DNA of 64,000 nucleotides from Dehalococcoidia bacterium. Its GTDB lineage: Bacteria > Chloroflexota > Dehalococcoidia > UBA2979. Within the stretch, counting starts at the first letter, position 1, and each line of letters starts with the position of its first letter. The notes under the pieces were generated by a model, which had not been told where the DNA came from, searched no databases, and was given only the letters and a program-made list of their open reading frames with translations. Location: positions 3,040,001 to 3,104,000 of the forward strand of contig OZ253555.1 of assembly GCA_965262725.1 (NCBI GenBank). Reading direction: 5' to 3'. Both the position numbers and the translations under genes were made by a program. This document shows, one piece after another, positions 39,528-49,546 of the stretch.

Positions 39528-40001
39528 ATGACACACGCAGCGGTACTCCTCACCGCCGAGGGCCTCGTGAAGCTCACGGCCGAGCTCCATGAGCTGCGCA
39601 CAAAGGGCCGGGCGGAGGTGGCGCGGGCGATCCACGAGGCGCAGGAACTCGGGATGTCGCAGGTCGACGGCCAGTACGAGGACGCGAAGAACCAGCAGGC
39701 GTTCATCGAGGGGCGCATCCTCGAGATCGAGAAGCTGCTGGAGCGCGCCACCATCATCGACGAGCGGGCGGCGCACGACTCGACGGTGGTTCGCGTCGGC
39801 TCGAGCGTCACGGTGAAGACGGCCGCGGGAAAGGCGCAGACGTTCCAGATCGTCGGCTCGGCCGAGGCCAACCCCGCCGAGGGCCGCATTAGCCACGAGT
39901 CCCCCGTCGGCCAGGCGCTCCTCGGCAAGACGGGGGGCGACATCGTGACGGTCGTGGCACCCGGCGGTACGAACCAGATGACGGTCACCGCCGTCTCCTA
40001 G
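39528..40001 (+). CDS. greA: Transcription elongation factor GreA
   Basis: LTAEG, YEDAKNQQAFIEGRI and ISHESPVGQALLG. Confidence 0.93.
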   Translation: MTHAAVLLTAEGLVKLTAELHELRTKGRAEVARAIHEAQELGMSQVDGQYEDAKNQQAFIEGRILEIEKLLERATIIDERAAHDSTVVRVGSSVTVKTAAGKAQTFQIVGSAEANPAEGRISHESPVGQALLGKTGGDIVTVVAPGGTNQMTVTAVS

Positions 40002-40100
40002 CCCGGCCGGAACCCCGCGTGCCGATCGAGCGTCCCCGGCTGCGCGCGTACGATGGCCGACGCGGCGCCCTGAGTTCGGTCCGCCACGACGGGAGCAGCC

Positions 40101-41621
40101 ATGCCCACCGAGGGTGAACTCATCGCCAACCGGCTGGCAAAGCGCGAGCAGCTGCTCGCCCGTGGGGGCGGCTACCCGGCGCGCGCGCACCGCACTCACA
40201 GCTGCCGGGAGGCGCTCGCCCTCTTCGAGTCGAGCGAGGCCGGAACCGGCGCGGCCGGATCCGGGGCAGAGCCGCACGCCGCGGTGAGCGGCCGCGTGAC
40301 CGGCCAGCGCCTTCTCGGGCGGGCCGCCTTCCTCGACCTTCGCGACGGCTCCGGCGGCATCCAGCTGCACTTGAGGAGCGACCAGCTTCCCGAGGGGGAG
40401 TTCGCGCTCCTTGAGCTCCTCGATGTCGGCGACTTCGTGGAGGCGGAGGGCGGGCTCTTCCGGACACGCAGCGGCGAAGTCACGCTCGCCGTCGAGCGCT
40501 GGCGCATCCTGGTGAAGGCGCTGCGGCCGCTGCCCGAGAAGTGGGCCGGTCTCACCGATCCCGAAACGCGCTACCGAGAGCGCCACCTCGACCTCGTCGC
40601 GAACGAGCGCTCGCGGGAGGTGGCTCGCCTCTCCGCCGCCACCGTCTCGACCGTGCGGCGCTTCTTCGAGGATCGCGACTTCCTGGAAGTCGCGACGCCG
40701 GTGCTGCAGGAGCAGGCCGGCGGCGCCGCCGCCCGGCCCTTCCGCACCTACCACAACGCGCTTGATCGCGAGCTCTTCCTTCGCATCTCAATCGAGCTGC
40801 ACCTGAAGAGGCTGCTCGTCGGCGGATTCGACCGCGTCTTCGAGATCGGACGCGTCTTCCGCAACGAGGGCCTCTCCCACCGCCATAATCCGGAGTTTCT
40901 ACTGCTCGAGTCCTACGAGGCCTACGCGGACTACGAGGACGTGGCGCGGATGGTCGAGGAGCTCGTCAGGCACGTGGCCCGCGCGGTTCGCGGCACGCTT
41001 GAACTCCCCCACGGCGACCTCGTCGTCGACCTCGCCTCCCCGTGGACGCGCACGACCTACCGCAAGGCGCTCTGCAAGCACGCCGGGATCGACTACCGCG
41101 ACTACCCTGACCGCGACGCCCTCGCGGCGGCGGCCGCCGAACGGGGAGTCCCGGTCGCCCCAGCGGCGTCGTGGGCGAGCGTCCTCGACGCGCTGATGCA
41201 ACGGCTGGTCGAACCGCAGCTCGTGCAGCCGACCTTCGTCTTCGACTATCCGACCGATCTCTCCCCGCTCGCGAAGGCGCGCGAGGACGATCCAGCGGTC
41301 GTCGAGCGCTTCGAGCTCTTCATTCTGGGCTACGAGTTCGCGAACGCCTACTCCGAACTGAACGACCCCGTGGAGCAGCGCGCCCGCATGGAGGCGCAGG
41401 CCAAGAAGCGTGCCTCGGGCGATGACGAGGTGGAGGTCGCCGACGAGGCGTTCCTCGAGGCGCTCGAGAGCGGGATGCCGCCGGCCGGCGGCCTCGGAAT
41501 GGGGCTCGAGCGGCTGATGATGCTCATGACCGGCGAGCACTCGATCCGGGAGGTCGTTCTCTTCCCGGCCCTCCGCGAGCGCGGCGGCGACATCCCGAGG
41601 GGGTCCGACGGCGCTCCGTGA
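40101..41621 (+). CDS. lysS: Lysyl-tRNA synthetase, class II
   Basis: GGAAARPF, FRNEG, ANAYSELNDP and GMPPAGGLGMG. Confidence 0.97.
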   Translation: MPTEGELIANRLAKREQLLARGGGYPARAHRTHSCREALALFESSEAGTGAAGSGAEPHAAVSGRVTGQRLLGRAAFLDLRDGSGGIQLHLRSDQLPEGEFALLELLDVGDFVEAEGGLFRTRSGEVTLAVERWRILVKALRPLPEKWAGLTDPETRYRERHLDLVANERSREVARLSAATVSTVRRFFEDRDFLEVATPVLQEQAGGAAARPFRTYHNALDRELFLRISIELHLKRLLVGGFDRVFEIGRVFRNEGLSHRHNPEFLLLESYEAYADYEDVARMVEELVRHVARAVRGTLELPHGDLVVDLASPWTRTTYRKALCKHAGIDYRDYPDRDALAAAAAERGVPVAPAASWASVLDALMQRLVEPQLVQPTFVFDYPTDLSPLAKAREDDPAVVERFELFILGYEFANAYSELNDPVEQRARMEAQAKKRASGDDEVEVADEAFLEALESGMPPAGGLGMGLERLMMLMTGEHSIREVVLFPALRERGGDIPRGSDGAP

Positions 41622-42073
41622 GGACGATCGAGGAGGACGTGCACATCCACGCCGAGGCACGCGCCGTGTACCGCAGGCTCGCGGCGCTGGAGTCGCTCGG
41701 CGAGTCGATGCCCGAGCTCTTCCGCAGCGCCGATGCCGGCGCCGGACCTCCGAGCGTCGTCGCCCAGCCAGCGCTCGGCGGCTCAGGCGTGCCGCTCGTC
41801 ATCACCCGGGCGGAGGAGCCGCGCTTGCTGACGCTCGCCCCCGCGGAGGACCGCGCGGCGGGAGACGCGCCTCCGATCAAGTCGTTCCGCTGGGATCTGC
41901 AGCCGGAGGGCGCTGCCGAGGTGCACGTCACTCTCGCCGTGCACTACCGGATGCCGGTCGGCGTGACCGGCCCGTTCCTCGATCTGCTGATCCACCGACC
42001 CCGGCGGCGGCAGGCGCTGCGTAACGCGCTGTGGCGGCTCAAGGGGCTCGTGGAGGAGCGGCTGGCGCCGTGA
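41618..42073 (+). CDS. SRPBCC/START-like protein
   Basis: Starts with a ..IEEDVHIHA strand and ends in an L.RLK.LVE helix; coupled to lysS. Confidence 0.6.
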   Translation: MRTIEEDVHIHAEARAVYRRLAALESLGESMPELFRSADAGAGPPSVVAQPALGGSGVPLVITRAEEPRLLTLAPAEDRAAGDAPPIKSFRWDLQPEGAAEVHVTLAVHYRMPVGVTGPFLDLLIHRPRRRQALRNALWRLKGLVEERLAP

Positions 42074-42184
42074 GCGGGCGGCCACATCGCGCGGTGCCCC
42101 GTCCGGGCGGTCATTCCCCCAGGCGCGCTCAGCGGGCGTGAAACCGGCTCGACCGGGCCGCGGCGCCGCGCTAGGCTCGCGGGC

Positions 42185-42745
42185 ATGGAGCGGATCCCCG
42201 AACCCGAGCCGCTCGTGCGCCACTTCACCGCCACGGGGTTCCTCTCGCGCGACGGGCACACGGCACTCCACTGGCACCGCCTCGGGAAGTGGCTCCCCCC
42301 CGGGGGTCACCTCGATGAGAACGAGGATCCGGTCCAGGCGGTTCTCCGCGAGATCGAGGAGGAGACGGGGATCCCCGCCCGCGTGATCGAGACGGTAACG
42401 CCCTATGCCCACTCGGGCCGTGGGAGAGTGGCGCCCCCGGTCTCGATCGGCCTCTACGCCGTCCCGCGCGACGCCCACTGGCCCGGCGCGCACGAGCACA
42501 TCGACTTCGTCTACTTCGCGCGGCCCATGGAGCCGGGCCCGCGACCGCCGCTCCCGGGGGGCGACGTACCGTGGCTCTGGGTGAGCGAGGCCGAGCTCCG
42601 CTCGGAGAAGCCCCTCGCCGCCAATGGACATCGGGCCCCCATAGATGACGACGTGCGGGTACTCGGCCTCGCCGCGATCGAGGCGGCGCGAGGCAACCGC
42701 GAGCGGGCAACGGTTCCCGCGCAGGCGGGTGGGGGAGCCGCGTAA
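42185..42745 (+). CDS. NUDIX hydrolase
   Basis: Nudix box PGGHLDENEDPVQAVLREIEEETG; HEHID. Confidence 0.88.
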   Translation: MERIPEPEPLVRHFTATGFLSRDGHTALHWHRLGKWLPPGGHLDENEDPVQAVLREIEEETGIPARVIETVTPYAHSGRGRVAPPVSIGLYAVPRDAHWPGAHEHIDFVYFARPMEPGPRPPLPGGDVPWLWVSEAELRSEKPLAANGHRAPIDDDVRVLGLAAIEAARGNRERATVPAQAGGGAA

Positions 42746-44067
42746 TGCTCCCGCCGCAGACGATCCGCGAGGAGACGGAGCGACTGCGCGCTGACTACCG
42801 CGCCAGGGGCGTCGACACGCCCCTCGATCGAGTGCTCGAGCTCGACGGGGAGCGGCGGGCGCTCCTGCGCGATGTCGAGACGATGCGAGCCCACCGCAAC
42901 CGCGCGGGCAAGGCGATCGGCGCGGCCTCCGACGAGAAGGCGCGCCGGCGTCTGATCGAGGAGCAGCGCGCGCACGCCTCCGACCTCGACACCCGGGAGC
43001 GGCAGTTGCGCGAGGTCGAGGCGGAGCTCGAGCGCCTCTCGCTCGAGCTGCCCAACCTCCTCGACGCGCGCGTGCAGCCGGGAGGTGAGGCCGAGGCGCT
43101 CGTCGTGCGCCGGTCGGTCGGTACGGGTGCCGCGGAGGAGGTCCCCGATCCTCCCGTGAGCCTTGGGGCCACTGGCGACCCACCCGAGTCCGATCCGGCG
43201 CCGCCGCCGCACTGGGAGATCGGGGAATCGCTCGGGATCCTCGACTTCGAGCGGGGCGTGAAGCTCTCGGGGCCGCACTTCTACGTGCTACACGACGACG
43301 GGGCGCGCCTGCAGCGCGCCCTCATCGCCTGGATGCTCGACCTGCACCGCTCGCGGGGCTACCGCGAGGTCTACACGCCCTTCGTCGTGCGCGAGGAGAT
43401 GCTCTACGGCACGGGGCAGCTCCCGAAGTTCGCCGAGACGATGTACCACGACCACGCCGACGACCTCTGGCTGGTGCCGACGGCCGAAGTGCCGGTCACG
43501 AACCTCTACCGCGACGAGATCCTCCACGCCGACAAGCTGCCGATCCTGCACTGCGCCTACACGCCCTGCTTCCGGCGCGAGCGGATGAGCGCCGGGCGCG
43601 AGGTGCGCGGCATCAAGCGCGGCCACCAGTTCGACAAGGTGGAGATGGTGCGCTTCGTGGAACCGGATCGCTCGTGGGAGGCGATCGAGGAGCTGCTCGA
43701 CGACGCGCTCAGCGTGGTGCGGGCTCTGGGGTTGCGCTACCGCGTGCTGCGGCTCGGCGCCGCCGACACGACCTTCGCCGGCGCGATGACCTACGACATC
43801 GAGGTCTGGGCGCCCGGCTCGCGGGAGTGGCTGGAGGTGTCCTCCGTCACGAACTTCCTCGACTTCCAGGCGCGCCGCGCGGGCATCCGCTATCGGGATG
43901 CCTCCGGACGCGTCCGCCACGTGCACACACTCAACGGCTCTGGCCTCGGCCTGCCGCGCACCCTGGCGGCGCTCCTGGAGAAGGGGTGGCGACCCGACGG
44001 GAGCGTCCGTCTCCCGGAGGCGCTTTCTCCTTACCTAGGCGGCCTCGTCACCCTCACCCCCGCCTGA
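42745..44067 (+). CDS. serS: Seryl-tRNA synthetase
   Basis: GTGQLPKF, PTAEVP, FRRE, HQFDKVE and HTLNGSG. Confidence 0.97.
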   Translation: MLPPQTIREETERLRADYRARGVDTPLDRVLELDGERRALLRDVETMRAHRNRAGKAIGAASDEKARRRLIEEQRAHASDLDTRERQLREVEAELERLSLELPNLLDARVQPGGEAEALVVRRSVGTGAAEEVPDPPVSLGATGDPPESDPAPPPHWEIGESLGILDFERGVKLSGPHFYVLHDDGARLQRALIAWMLDLHRSRGYREVYTPFVVREEMLYGTGQLPKFAETMYHDHADDLWLVPTAEVPVTNLYRDEILHADKLPILHCAYTPCFRRERMSAGREVRGIKRGHQFDKVEMVRFVEPDRSWEAIEELLDDALSVVRALGLRYRVLRLGAADTTFAGAMTYDIEVWAPGSREWLEVSSVTNFLDFQARRAGIRYRDASGRVRHVHTLNGSGLGLPRTLAALLEKGWRPDGSVRLPEALSPYLGGLVTLTPA

Positions 44068-44100
44068 GCGCCGTCTCCGCACGCTCGCTCGATCGACCGG

Positions 44101-44130
44101 TTGACGTCTGCAGCACGTTTGTTCTACAGT
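44101..44130 (+). promoter_or_regulatory. Sigma70 promoter with an overlapping LexA-like box
   Basis: TTGACG-N18-TACAGT. AGCACGTTTGTTCT (44112-44125) is one mismatch from AGAAC-N4-GTTCT. Confidence 0.55.
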
Positions 44131-44195
44131 TCGTCCCTGTTCGGAACACAGAAGGAGACCGGCCGCTGGCCGGAGTGCACGGGGGTTCAAGCAGG

Positions 44196-44414
44196 ATGCT
44201 GTTCATTCTCACAGTGGGAGCGCTGCTCGGAGGGGCCGCCGTGCTGCTCTACCAGCAGTGGGCGGACGAGGTGTTTCGCCCGCCGGAGGAGCAAAGGAAC
44301 GAGAGACTGCGCCGCCGAGCCGTGGTCGCGGCGATCCGCCCCTTCGGCGACGCGGACTGGCGTCCGGCGCGTCCACCCCGAGAGGCTCCCCGCGCGGGGC
44401 GGCGTGCCGCCTGA
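44196..44414 (+). CDS. Small single-TM hypothetical protein (72 aa)
   Basis: MLFILTVGALLGGAAVLLY TM with a basic tail; downstream of a promoter. Confidence 0.5.
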   Translation: MLFILTVGALLGGAAVLLYQQWADEVFRPPEEQRNERLRRRAVVAAIRPFGDADWRPARPPREAPRAGRRAA

Positions 44415-44459
44415 CGCGATTCCCGCGCAGGCGACCGCCTCTCGGACCGGATGCGGTGC

Positions 44460-44720
44460 ATGGCGCTGAGGCGACCCCCCCACCCGATGCCCGCGTGCGT
44501 GCGACGCGCCCTCGAGGAGAGAGGGATGCTGACGGCCTACGGCGCCCGTCCTCCGTACCAGCAGAACGACTACATCGGGTGGATCACGCGCGCCAAGCGG
44601 AAGGAGACCCGCCGGCGACGGCTCGACCAGATGCTGGATGAACTGAAGGCGGGTGACCTCTACATGAGAATGCGCTGGCGCGCCGGTGGGCGCAGCCCGG
44701 GTTCCGGAGATCCCGACTAG
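44460..44720 (+). CDS. YdeI/OmpD-associated family protein
   Basis: RPPYQQNDYIGWI..AK..ETR..RL.QMLDEL..G..YM.M.W. Confidence 0.85.
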   Translation: MALRRPPHPMPACVRRALEERGMLTAYGARPPYQQNDYIGWITRAKRKETRRRRLDQMLDELKAGDLYMRMRWRAGGRSPGSGDPD

Positions 44721-44882
44721 CTGTCCGTCGCACACATGATGTCCCTGCGCTGGACGATCGAGAAGACGCACGCCGCGGGCACCGCGCCGATCCGTGGGCC
44801 CGCGCGGAGGGAACGCCGGTGTCGACTCCCCGCGCCGCGGCCATGGAGCCCGCGCACGCCGGCGGCCAGATACACTTCCCCC

Positions 44883-45404
44883 GTGATGCAGCCCGGACCT
44901 GACCCCCCGCTGCTCGTCAAGATGCAGCTCGACGCTCTCGACGAGCTCGCCCGGGTCGCCGACTTGATGCCGCAGGGCGCGCGCGACGGTGTCGTGCCCG
45001 GGCTCAACGGCGCCGGCTGGACGCTCGCGCATCTCGCTGCGCAGCAGGACCGGTACTGGAACGTCGCGGCGCAATCGCTCGATTCCGATGCCTGGCTCGC
45101 CGGGTGGCGCGCGGCCGACGGCGCGACGGCGGCGCGACCGCCCTTTACCGACGCGCGCGACGCGCTCGCGCGCGTCGACGAGCGCTGCCGCAGCTACCTC
45201 GAATCGGTGCGGCGACCCGACTTCGACACGACTGTGAGCGGGGGGCGGACACTCGGCGATCTGCTGGCGAGAAGCGTCGCGCACATATTCGCGCACGCCG
45301 GGGAGCTCGCGGCAATCGCCTCGCTGTGGGGCGCCCCCGACATGGGCCTGCCGGGCGCCCTGCCTCGCTCCAACTCGCCCCGCGAGAACCGTAACACGAA
45401 CTAA
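44883..45404 (+). CDS. DinB superfamily protein
   Basis: W..AHLA and H...HAGE His triad. Confidence 0.7.
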   Translation: MMQPGPDPPLLVKMQLDALDELARVADLMPQGARDGVVPGLNGAGWTLAHLAAQQDRYWNVAAQSLDSDAWLAGWRAADGATAARPPFTDARDALARVDERCRSYLESVRRPDFDTTVSGGRTLGDLLARSVAHIFAHAGELAAIASLWGAPDMGLPGALPRSNSPRENRNTN

Positions 45405-45465
45405 CCCGGACGAGGCGTTGCCCGACTCTCAGGCGTTCGGCCGCACGCCCGCGCCGGGATGGGCC

Positions 45466-46626
45466 CTAGAACTCCTGGACGATCACGCCGCCGGGCTGGC
45501 GACGCCACGTGCGGAAGCGGACGTTCTTGATCCCGGCCGCGCGGGCATAGTCGCGCGCGCTCGCGAGATGGCCGGCCGGGACGTACACGTAAAGCGGGGC
45601 GTCCGCCGTCTGGAGCGGCGCCCAGACACGCTCTGCCTGCTCACGGGTCACGGTCTCCTTCGACTCGACCTGTACCACCATCGCCGGATGATTCCCCGGG
45701 TACTCGACGATCAGGATGTCCGGGTAGAGCGCCCCGACCGCGCCGCCGGCGACGGTCAGGCCGAGCTCCGGTGTCGGGAGGTTGACGTGCGTCCGGTAGT
45801 GAGGAGCCTCGTCGCTGGGATAGGGGAAACGGCCCGCCGCGACGTCCCGGACGACGCCCACGAGCTCGTGCCGCCGCGATTCCTCCGCCCGTCGCCACAC
45901 CACCGGCGCATCCCGCCACGCTGAGAGCCGCCGCTCGTGGCCCGCGGCGAAGCGAGCGAGCTGTAGCGCCTCGCCGATGAGAACGCCGGGCAGGAAGATC
46001 AGCGCGAGCGGAACGGCGATCACGACCGTCGCACCTATGGAGATTCCGCCGACCGTCAACCAGGTCGGTCCCGGGAAGACCCAGGCCGCGTAGAAGGCGG
46101 CCGCGAAAAGAACCAGCGCGATGAGCGGGCGGGGCGAGGGGAGCGCCGCCGCCGCCGCCCCGCGCGGCGCGGGCGGCGGGACCTGGATGGCCGCCGCGGG
46201 CGCGGGCGCGGCCGACGCGGGCGCGCCCGCGGGCGGCGCCTCCGTTCCCGGCCCCGACGGGGCCTCATCCGGGGCCGCCGGCGGCTCATCCAATGCGGCG
46301 GCGGCCGGAGCGGGCTCCGACGGCCCAGCGGCGGCGGCCGCCGCGCCGTCCCCGGCCGGCACCTTTGCGCGCGCGGATGCGGCGTCCTCGAACCAGAGGG
46401 AGTTGATCTCGGTGAAGAAGGCCTGATCGGCGGGGACATCCTCCTCGGGGAAGATCGCCGTGACCGGGCAGGCGGGCTGGCAGGCGCCGCAGTCGATGCA
46501 CTCGACCGGGCTGATGTAGAGCATGCGGTCCGGGCCCTCGTCGAAGTGGATGCAGTCGACGGGACAGACCTCGACGCAGGACTGGTCCATCGTGTCGATG
46601 CAGGGCTGCGTGATGACGAACGTCAC
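45466..46626 (-). CDS. 7Fe ferredoxin fused to two TM helices and a C-terminal restriction-endonuclease-like domain
   Basis: N-terminal C-X7-C-X3-CPVDC and CIDCGACQPACP; Ala/Pro linker; 2 TM; YPDILIV...VQVESK...LYVYVP. Confidence 0.75.
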   Translation of the reverse strand: MTFVITQPCIDTMDQSCVEVCPVDCIHFDEGPDRMLYISPVECIDCGACQPACPVTAIFPEEDVPADQAFFTEINSLWFEDAASARAKVPAGDGAAAAAAGPSEPAPAAAALDEPPAAPDEAPSGPGTEAPPAGAPASAAPAPAAAIQVPPPAPRGAAAAALPSPRPLIALVLFAAAFYAAWVFPGPTWLTVGGISIGATVVIAVPLALIFLPGVLIGEALQLARFAAGHERRLSAWRDAPVVWRRAEESRRHELVGVVRDVAAGRFPYPSDEAPHYRTHVNLPTPELGLTVAGGAVGALYPDILIVEYPGNHPAMVVQVESKETVTREQAERVWAPLQTADAPLYVYVPAGHLASARDYARAAGIKNVRFRTWRRQPGGVIVQEF

Positions 46627-46744
46627 GGTGAAGCCTCCATCCGGGCCGGGCCGGCCGCCGCGATCGTAGCGGCGGCCCCCACGGGCGTCTATCCGGCGAT
46701 CCGCCTCAGGGATCCGCGCCAGGGAGATTGATGCCCGCGGCCGC

Positions 46745-48525
46745 CTACGCCCCGTTCAGAGTGGCGAGCTCCGCCGCGTGCAGTTCCGCCGCGCGCGCCA
46801 CGACGCCGTCGCGAGCGACGCGTTCGGGCTCGACGGCGGCGCGGAGCCGCAGCTCGACGACGCCTTCGCGCCGGTTGCGGGAGGAGACCGTGAGGCGCAC
46901 GGGGAGCCCGATCAGATCGGCGTCGGCGAATTTCACACCGGGCGACTCGTCGCGGTCGTCGTAGAGCACGTCGAGCCCCGCGAGCCGGAGCTCCTGGAAG
47001 AGGGCGTCGGCCTCCTCCGCCACGGCGGCGTCGCGGGACGCTCCGAGCGCCACCAAGTGCACGTCGTAGGGCGCGATCGTGGCGGGCCAGATGACGCCGT
47101 CTTCGTCGTGATGCTCTTCGACCGCCGCGGCGACGATGCGGTCCACCCCGATGCCGTAGCAGCCCATGGTCGGCACGCGCTGCACGCCCTCCTGGTCGAG
47201 CACGCTGACCCGAAGCAACTCCGTGAAGATCCTGCCCAGGCGGAAGACATGGCCCAGCTCGATGCCGCGCTCGGAGCGGAGACCACGTCCGTCCTCTCCG
47301 GGCTCCCCCGAGCAGCGCGCACAGAGGTGCCCGGGCCCGGCGAGCGCGATGTCCGCCACCTCTGCCTCCCAGTCGCGCCCGTAGTTCACGTTGCGCAGGT
47401 GGATGCCCTCGCGGTTGGCGCCGGCGACGAGGTTCGGCGATCCGGGAATCGAAAGGTCGGCGACGACACGCACGCCGGGCCCCACCCCGATCGGCGAGGC
47501 GTAGCCGGCGACGAGGCCCGCGTGCGCCACCTCCGCGTCCGTCATCGCGCGCAGGCCGGGCGGCGATCCCTCCTCGGCCAAGGCGTTCGCGAGCTTGACC
47601 TCGTTCACCTGCAGGTCGCCGCGCAGCACCGCGAAGATCGGCTGTTCGCGGCCGTCGCCCCAGGCGGCGGTGAAGAAGACGGCCTTCGCCGTCCGCTCCG
47701 GGCCGACGCCGAGGAAGTCGGTGAGCGCTTCGATCGTGGTCACGCCGGGCGTCGCCACCTCCTCCAGGGGACGTTGCGCCTCGTCCGCGGCGGGCGGGCG
47801 CACAAACTCCGCCTTCTCGGCGTTGGCGGCGTAGCCGCAGTCGCAGAGCAGGACCGTGTCCTCTCCGACCGCCGTGAGGAAGAGGAACTCCTGCGAGCCT
47901 TTCCCGCCGATCGCGCCCGAGTCCGCCTCCGCCGCGACGGTGGGTATGCCGACGCGCGCGAAGATGCGCTCGTACGCCCGGAACATCGCGGCGTAGGAGG
48001 CGTCGAGCCCCTCCTCGTCGAGGTCGAAGCTGTAGGCGTCCTTCATCGTGAACTCGCGGACACGAACGAGGCCACCCCGAGGCCGCGCCTCATCCCGGAA
48101 CTTCGTCTGGATCTGGTAGAGCGTGACCGGCAGGTCGCGGTACGAGCGGGCGTGGCCCGCGAAGAGCCGCGTGATGACCTCCTCGTGGGTCGGAGCGAGC
48201 ACGAGCCGGCGCGCACGGCGATCCTGGACGACAAAGAGCGTGTCGCCGAAGGCCCGGTCGCGGCCGGTCTGCTCCCACAGCTCGAACGGGTGGATCGCGG
48301 GGAGCAACACCTCCTCGGCGGCAGCGCGGTCCATCTCCTCGCGCACGATCTGCTCCACGCGGCGCTTGGCCCGCCAGCCCAGCGGCATGTAGGAGTAGAT
48401 CCCCGCCGCGAGTTGATCGATGAAGCCGCGCGCAGGAGCAGCCGGTGCGACGCGAATTCCGCGTCGCTCGGCGCTTCGCGCAGCGTGCGCCCGAAGAGAC
48501 GCGTCATTCGCATCCCGACCGCCAT
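46745..48525 (-). CDS. proS: Prolyl-tRNA synthetase (apparent 1-nt frameshift near 48427)
   Basis: LAPTHEE, FRDEARPRGG, REFTMKDAYSF and MGCYGIG. The N-terminal RLFGRTLREAP..HRLLLRA is in a different frame. Confidence 0.93.
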
Positions 48526-48561
48526 GGAGGCAGTGTAGCGCGGCCCGGAGCCAAGCACGCG

Positions 48562-49530
48562 CTAGGCACTCCGGCCCGGCGGAGGCACCCTGGGCGGCGT
48601 GATCACGCCCGCCCCGGCGAGCAACTCAAGGCCACGAGCCAGGTCGTCGTCGGCCTCCTCCTGGTCGATCTCAAGCGTCCGCACTGCGCTGGCGGGGAGG
48701 CGCTCGGCGATCCGGCGGAAGTCCACGTCGCCGTTGCCCGGCGCGCGGTGGTCGACGAGCCCGTCCACGTCGGAGAGGTGGACGCCGACCAGACGCTCGC
48801 CGAGTAGATCGAACCAGCTGCCGCGGTCGATGAGGCCGAGACGGTGCTGAACCTCGGCGTGGCCGACGTCGTGGACATAGCCAACGACCTCCGGCGGGTG
48901 CTCCGCGAGCAACTCCGCCGCCTCGGCCGGTAGCGGGATCTGGTGGTGGTAAAGGCGGCACTCGAGGCCGAGCGTCACGCGGTGAGCCGCAGCGATCGGC
49001 GCGAGCTCGGCGAGCGAGCGCCGCGCCCGATCGAGCGCGGGGGCCGCCAGGCGCGACCGCTCGCGCAGCGCCTCCTCCACGGCTGCTCCCCACTCCTCGC
49101 CCGACGTCGAGCCGCGCTCGAAGAGACGCCGGAGCGTGCGCTCCGGGCGGAGCTGCGCGAGCCCGATGGCGCCGAGGTGGAGGACCACGAGCGAAGCGCC
49201 GGCCTCCCCCGCGAGCTCGATGGACCGCACCGCGTAGTGGACCGCGAGCCGGCGCTCCTCGTCGTCCTCGGAGGCGGTGTCGAGCGAGCGGTTCCAGCCG
49301 ACCGTCGGATGTCGCTCGAGCGGCGCCGGCGCGTGCACCGCCACCACGGGAAGAACCCGCTGGGCGAGGATCACGCCGACCTGCGACGCATCCATCGAGT
49401 GGTTGATCTCGATGCCGGAGAAACCGAGCTCAGCGGCGCGCTCGACGAAAGCGTCGAGCGCGTGCTCGAAGCGCGCCTGAACCGCCCACATGGTGGAGAG
49501 CACGGCCTGCCCGGGGGCGAGCGGTCTCAT
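48562..49530 (-). CDS. Sugar phosphate isomerase/epimerase (AP endonuclease 2 TIM barrel)
   Basis: Metal-ligand pattern VVLHLG, LGLE, HDVGHA, VHLSD, DHRAPG.G.VDF and LE. Confidence 0.8.
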   Translation of the reverse strand: MRPLAPGQAVLSTMWAVQARFEHALDAFVERAAELGFSGIEINHSMDASQVGVILAQRVLPVVAVHAPAPLERHPTVGWNRSLDTASEDDEERRLAVHYAVRSIELAGEAGASLVVLHLGAIGLAQLRPERTLRRLFERGSTSGEEWGAAVEEALRERSRLAAPALDRARRSLAELAPIAAAHRVTLGLECRLYHHQIPLPAEAAELLAEHPPEVVGYVHDVGHAEVQHRLGLIDRGSWFDLLGERLVGVHLSDVDGLVDHRAPGNGDVDFRRIAERLPASAVRTLEIDQEEADDDLARGLELLAGAGVITPPRVPPPGRSA

Positions 49531-49546
49531 GTGGCGGGAAGATGGC

